Shown in pieces: positions 57,641 through 64,000 of a DNA stretch of 64,000 bases. The translations under genes were made by a program, and so were the position numbers. The notes below the pieces were generated by a model that worked only from the letters and a program-made list of their open reading frames with translations, did not search any database and was not told the DNA's origin. Numbering within the stretch: the first letter of the stretch is position 1; every line of letters begins with the position of its first letter. Source of the DNA: the human T2T-CHM13v2.0 reference genome, Homo sapiens; assembly GCF_009914755.1 (NCBI RefSeq), contig NC_060930.1, one strand, 5' to 3'.

Positions 57641-58360
57641 ATAGTGAAAAAAATTATGAAAAAAATTATCCTAAAGCAGATCATAAACTAAACTAAAATA
57701 TATATAATAGGCTAGGAACATATATACTTATATATATGTATATATAATAAATGGTTGTAAAGATTCTTACATAAAGTACTCCTTGAAATAAGTAAAGAAA
57801 GGGAGTATGTAAAAGCAATTCACAAAAAAATGTGAAAATTATTTAAATCATTGTAGTAAGATAAATATAATTTAGAAGTATAATGAGATGACTGCTTTTA
57901 AATTATTTACACAGTGTACATTTAATAATATTTATTATGAAAATAAAAATACGTCCCAAAAGGCTACATTCATGGATTAATTTTGAGATAGCAAAATGTC
58001 AATCTTTTAGAAGGCAATTGATAACATATACAAAAATAATTTTACAATGTATACACTTGTCCCCAGAAATTCTACATCTACAGATACTCCCTACTGAAAG
58101 AGGCAGATAGTAAATGTGTTAGTAACATTCTTAGAAGTTGCAGGAAGTTAGAGTCAAAAGTGAATAAACACGTCTACTTTTCATAAAGGGAGGTAAAGTT
58201 GTTTCTTTGAGCCCAGAGAGGAGGGGGGACAGGGGAAGATTAGATATGTATCTGTATTGACAGTGATAAATTGAGCATCTGAGATATGTGAGCTAACTTC
58301 TTCTGTGGATTCCTTTGCTCTTTCACTTCTTCGAAAAATCTTCAACAGGAATGTCATCTA

Positions 58361-60124
58361 TTTTTTGGATCTTAGTCCTTTGTCAGATGTATAGATTGTG
58401 AAGATTTTCTCCCACTGTATGGGTTGTCTGTTTACTTTACTGACTGTTCCTTTTGCCCTACAAAAGCTCTTTAGTTTAATTAAGTCCCAGCTATTTATCT
58501 TTGCTTTTATTGCATTTGCTTTTGGGTTCTTGGTGATGAAATCCTTGCCTAAGCCAATATCTAGAAGGGTTTTTCCAATGTTATCTCCTAGAATTTTTAT
58601 AATTTTAAATCTTAGATTTAGGTCCTTTATCCATATTGAGTTGATTTTTGTATAATGTGAAAGATGAGGATCCAGTTTCATTCTCTTACATGTGGCTTGC
58701 CAATTATCCCAGCACCATTTATTAAAAGCGTGTTCTTTCCCCACTTTACATTTTTGTTTGCTTTGCCAAAGATCAGTTGGCTACAAGTATTTGGGTTTAT
58801 TCTGGGGTTCTCTGCTCTGTTACATTAGTCTATGTGCCTATTTTTAGACCAGTACCATGCTGTTTTGGGGACTATGACCTTATAGTATAGCTTGAAATCA
58901 GGTAATGTGATGCCTCCAGATTTGTTCTTTTTGCTTAGTCTTGCTTTGGCTATGCGGGGTCTTTTTTGGATTCATATGAATTTTAGGATTTTTTTTTCTA
59001 GTTCTGTGAAGAATGGTAGTGGTATTTTGATGGGAATTGCATTGAATTTGTAGTTTGCTTTTGGCAGTATGGTTATTTTCACAATATTGATTCTACTCAT
59101 TCATGAGCATGGGATGTGTTTTCATTTGTTTGTGTTGTCTATGATTTCTTTCAAACAAATTAACAACAACAACAACAACAAAAAAAAAACAAATAACCCC
59201 GTCAAAAAGTGGGTTAATAACATGACGTGACAATTCTCAAAAGAAGATATACAAATGGCCAACAAACATATGCAAAAAATGCTCAACATCATTAATGATC
59301 AGAGAAATGTAAATCAAAATCACAAGGTGATACTGCCTTACTCCTGCAAGAATGGCCATAATCAAAAAGTTAAAAAAAATAGATGTTGACATGAATTTGG
59401 TGAACAGGAAACAGTTCTACACTGCTGGTGGGAATGTAAACTAGTATAACCACTATAGAAAACCAGTGTGGAGATTCCTTAAATAACTAAAAGTAGAACT
59501 ACCATTTGATCCAGCAATACCACTACTGGGTTCTACCCAGAGGATAAGAAGTCATCATATGAAAAAGATACTTGCAGACACATGTTTATGGCAGCACAAT
59601 TCACAATTGCAAAATGTGGAACCAACCCAAAGCCCATCAATCAACAAGTGGATAAAGAAACTGTGATATTTTATATACATATATATATATGATATATATA
59701 TGCATATACCTATATATGTGTGTGTGTGTGTATACACACACACACACACACACACAATAGAATACTACTCAGCCATAAAAAGGAATAAATTAATGGCATT
59801 CACAGCAACCTGGATGAGATTGGAGACTGCTATTGCAAGTGAAGTAACTCAAGAGGGGAAAACCAAATATTGTATGTTCTCATTCATAAGTGGGATCTAA
59901 GCTATGAGGATGCAAAGGCATAAGAATGACACAGTGGACTTTGGGGACTCCAGTGAAAAGGGTAGGAAGTGGGTGAGAGACAAAAGACTACAAATTCAGT
60001 GCAGTGTATACTGTTCGGGTGATGGGTGCACCAAAATCTCACAAATCACCGCTAAAGAACTTACTCATGAAACCAAACACCACCTATTCCCCAATAACCT
60101 ACAGAAATACATTTTTTTAAAAAA
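58361..60124 (+). mobile_element. L1PB1-like insertion with 5' inversion (58361-59153 minus; 59154-60124 plus)
   Basis: L1PB 3'UTR (gggtgatgggtgcaccaaaatctcacaaatcacc); 14-bp TSD aggaatgtcatcta at 58347-58360 and 60125-60138. Confidence 0.92.
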
Positions 60125-61846
60125 AGGAATGTCATCTACTTTCAATATTTATGTGTGTATATGTGTATCCGTGTGTTTGAATGTATCCTGCAAGTCTCTG
60201 ATAGAAAACTATAAAAAATGCAAATATATCATTAGTTCTAGCACTCCCAAAAATTATTTATTTTGTGAAAATCTTTCATACCCACTGTTCACTGAATCAA
60301 GAAAAAAAAAAACTCTCATGATGATGACTACTTAGACTCACAGTCTTCATGGAGTGATTTTGTGCCAAGGCTGAATGAAGGGGTAGAAGCAAAGCCATTC
60401 ATCTCTGCTGCCCTCCCAGATAAAAAGGATAGATTAACATTCACTATGATATTCATCTATAGCCATGAAGGTTCTTTGAGAACACCTGCCAACAGTGAGG
60501 AATGTCATCTTTTGTATTAACTATCTTTTATAATACACTACTTCAGAGCCCCATAGTAATCGTCATAAATGATGATCAAAATCTTTCAACTGTAGCAAGG
60601 TACAAACCCATTAGACAAATTTTATGAAAGAATTGCAGCTGGTTCCCTCTTCTGTAAAATTGTTAATCACAATTCCTTCATTTTTGAACTGTTTTGATTC
60701 ATTGTTCAACAAGTATGCAACAATAGTTGTATATACGATCATTCTACATTTCTGTTAATTGAAATATTTATATTATACAAAACTTATATTTTGGTTTTGA
60801 AATACTTTTGTCACATAATGCCATTAAGTAAACATTAAAGTTTTCAATTTCATTTATTACATAGAGAACACTTTATATTGTTTCTAAGACACCTACCCAA
60901 AACATAAACATAACTAGGGCATATAAAACATTACAGTTTTTCATGTTTTCTTTTGCTATCGCTACATTTCACCTCTGATTTCATGGAGTGATAAATTATT
61001 AAGGAACTAGAAAACATAATGTTTTGAAGAGTCATAGATTTATACAAGTACACCATTTTTCACTTTCTCCTTGGACATGTAGCTCCTTTATTCTTAACCC
61101 AACACTCAAAAAAATCAATTATATATTATGTAAATTATACTATCACATCACACAACTAACACATAGTTTCTTTGCCTTGAGAGTGTGTGTTAAGACCCAC
61201 TCTTCTTTACATCTATTCAAATCATTCCCTGATCTCCTGAATCATAGCTTCAACCATGACCATCTTTCTTGCCCACTCCTCACATTTTGCTATGGTCTAC
61301 AATCACATAAGTTTTTGATATCCAATATTATTCAGAAAAAACAAAGTCATATTCCCTATGTAAAATTAATGAATTTTCACATACAAGATCGACTGATTCT
61401 GCAGAATTCAACATATAATATCACAAAAATGATGGTGGCATCACACGTTATCATTTCTTGCTTTATGGTATTTTTGCCCACATGGAATTAGCTTAAATAG
61501 AATATATAGTAAACACAAGAGTCTGGAAATAAAACCATCATAGTATGGTAAAATAAGAGCATCCTGCAGTCCCAAACGTTTCTAAGGTGATAAATGTGCA
61601 ATGAAATACATGAACATAATGTTAGTTGCTGCCTGTGTTTCAATCATTTGAATCATTGAAACTATGTTTAAATCATTGTGATAAGAAAAATACAAATCAA
61701 ACAAGTGCTTATTATCCTTAGGACTTTTAAAATGTAATATAAAACAATTATCTCATTTTCTTTTTGCTTAGTGTTGTTACCTATCTCAGACTGAATTTGT
61801 TTCTTTCTTCTGAATGATCCAGTTTGTTCAGACTATACCATGTAAT

Positions 61847-62588
61847 TGACACCGGAGGGGGCAGGGAAGTGCTCCGTAGAGAAGAGAAGGGCTGGGTCCC
61901 TGGAGAGGGCTCCACCCTCGGGCCTGTGCCCAGGGACTTAAGTGAGAACAGGCACTCCCGTTTTCACTCCCGAATGTTGCATTTTCCAAGGCCACTCTAG
62001 CCTGACACGTCCCCCATCGTGTGCCCACATAAACCTGAGACCTTAGTGGACACAAAACACAAAAGCGGCAGAGAGCGGCGGCAAGCAGCAGAGAGGAGCA
62101 GGGCGCCACGCAGAGGAGAAAAGGGGCATCAGAACGTCAAGAGGAGTTTGGCCCAGAACAGCCAAACTCCAGGGTAGGATTATCTCCCCCAACCCACCTT
62201 CCCACTCCAGCTCCCCATCTGGCTGAAAGCCATCTTCGCTGCTCAGTAAAGTCTCCGCATTCATCACCTTTCAAACAGTTCATATGACCTTATTAGTCCA
62301 GGACCGCGACAAGAATCTGGGGGTTAACAGTCAGCCATCCCCAGAAGGCAAGGCTAAAGGAGTACATTGTGTAACATACGCCTACTTGGGCTTCGGGAGT
62401 CGTAGCCACCCACCCCTAGACACTGCAGTGGGGCCGGAGCCCAAAAGCGCTCTCCCTGGCTCCTACACCTGCCAGTCTGCATGCTGCCCTTGTCCCATAA
62501 CGGATTTGAGATCTCAGTGGCCGAACAGAGAGCCACAGCCATGTTACACGTCCTGCGAGGGAGGTGGGCAGGGGACTCTCCTGTTTCA
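61847..62588 (+). mobile_element. LTR1/LTR27/LTR28-family solo LTR (ERV1)
   Basis: TG...CA termini, perfect 4-bp TSD TAAT, gagggctccaccctcgggcctgtgccc, GC/CpG-rich. Confidence 0.85.
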
Positions 62589-62825
62589 TAATGTGCATGT
62601 GTATCCTGTGTATTTCCATGCATTTATGCTACAATTAAGCAGCATTGCCTTAAGTTTTGTAACCTACCCCACCCAAACTTATTATAATCTAACATTCAAG
62701 ATACCTGGGATCTCCAGTTTATAATGAGCTCAATGTTTCCCATTTCTAGAAAATCTTACTACCAATCATTTTCTCTTTTTTATCACATTCTTATTCTAAC
62801 AAGTATGTACATTTTAAGGTAAATA

Positions 62826-63148
62826 CAGTCCTCCCTCACCCTGAGGGATCGATTGCAGGACATCTCACGAATGCCAAAATTCGTGGAGGCCCGAGTCCTT
62901 GATATAAAATAGTATAGTATTTATATAGACCCTATACACATATTCCCCTATACTTTATCTCTAGATTACTAATAACACTTAATATGCTGTAAATACTATG
63001 TAAAGAGTTGTTATACTGTATTAAGAAATAATGACAAGAAAAAAGTATATATATATGTTTAGTACAAATGCAATTTTTTTGGAATATTTTAGATCTGTGG
63101 TTGGTTGAATATATGTAGGTGGAACCCACAAATACAGAGGGTTGACTA
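62826..63148. mobile_element. MER2 (TcMar-Tigger MITE)
   Basis: TIR-like ends cagtcctccctc / gagggttgact, TA before the element, internal ttggttgaat...ggaacccac. Confidence 0.85.
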
Positions 63149-64000
63149 TGTTTATTTTTATTTCTCAAAGTATGCATAGGTTACTCTATGTTAGAATAAC
63201 CTGTACCTCTCACTATATCTCTCTGTTATATTGTATATTTACTTTAACACTTTATGCAGAATGGTGTATTCTGAAATGCATCCTTGAAGAGAAGAGCTCT
63301 GTCTATCTAGATTACTATATATACAAGAGAGTCCATTACATTATGGTGATGATTAATAACAAACACTTAAAAGTAAGGAAACCACAACCCTTTCTAAGGG
63401 CTCGGGACTTCATAAACACTGAGTAACATTAATATGCTATTGGTTTATAAACACCAGAATATGTCAAATATAGTAATAAATCCAAAGCTCAATGAACAAT
63501 AAATTAGGATTGATAATATTACATCAAGGAATATATCAAAGGAATATAAAGGAATCATTTTTTATTAGAATTCCAATAAAATTTGAAGCCCTTAAGATTT
63601 CTGCATAGTGCTTTGTAGAGATAAGTGCTTAATTTTTTTTTTCTGTTGATTGAGCAGTTGCATTCCTCATAAATGCCTTCTGATCTTTTGATAACTGTCC
63701 TCATATAAAGGATGATTTCACTAATCACACATTTCATCATTTGAATTGCTCCTTATTTTCATTTTATGACTGAATTTTCGTGACCATGTATTTATATTTA
63801 ATTACTTCTTATAAGCCCTATTCCATACTTGATAAGGCATTTTGCACAGTTAGTAAATAAATTCATTAACGTATAAATATCAACATGTAAAACATTTATT
63901 TAATATAAAACAAATGTGTAGACTCACTGAAAGAAGGTCTACACATTTAAAGTGTTTTCTTCCCAGTATTAACCAGGCTTATTTTCAGATTTTATCTCCT

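Noticed and set aside
59904-62724. ORFs of 143, 155 and 146 aa
   Set aside because: They start in the L1PB 3'UTR, in AT-rich DNA with a non-ATG start, or in an LTR; no recognisable domain

Overview
This is AT-rich primate genomic DNA, very probably human or great ape, since it carries AluY, L1PA2, THE1A and MER41 elements. I found no host protein-coding exon, RNA gene or CRISPR-like array, so the window reads as intergenic or deep-intronic. It is dominated by interspersed repeats. The largest is a full-length ~6.06 kb L1PA2-type LINE-1 on the minus strand (about 16023-22083), with intact ORF1 and disrupted ORF2. Also present are a complete THE1A MaLR provirus, two 5'-inverted (twin-primed) L1 insertions, about eleven Alus, many solo LTRs, DNA-transposon relics (MER63, MER119, Charlie1, MER2) and old L1M/L2/MIR debris. 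Apart from the L1 ORF1/ORF2 pieces, the ORF track is repeat-derived or chance. I found no convincing new biological system. The best leads are structural: (1) the young L1 has no target-site duplication and abuts a half-missing MLT2A1 LTR, suggesting an L1-associated deletion; (2) an unexplained ~175-bp inverted duplication at 6836-7010 / 8397-8575; (3) a repeat-free cluster of developmental transcription-factor motifs at ~5.3-5.5 kb; (4) several template-switch fold-back scars. Subfamily names come from recalled consensus sequences, not a database run, and boundaries of old elements are approximate.
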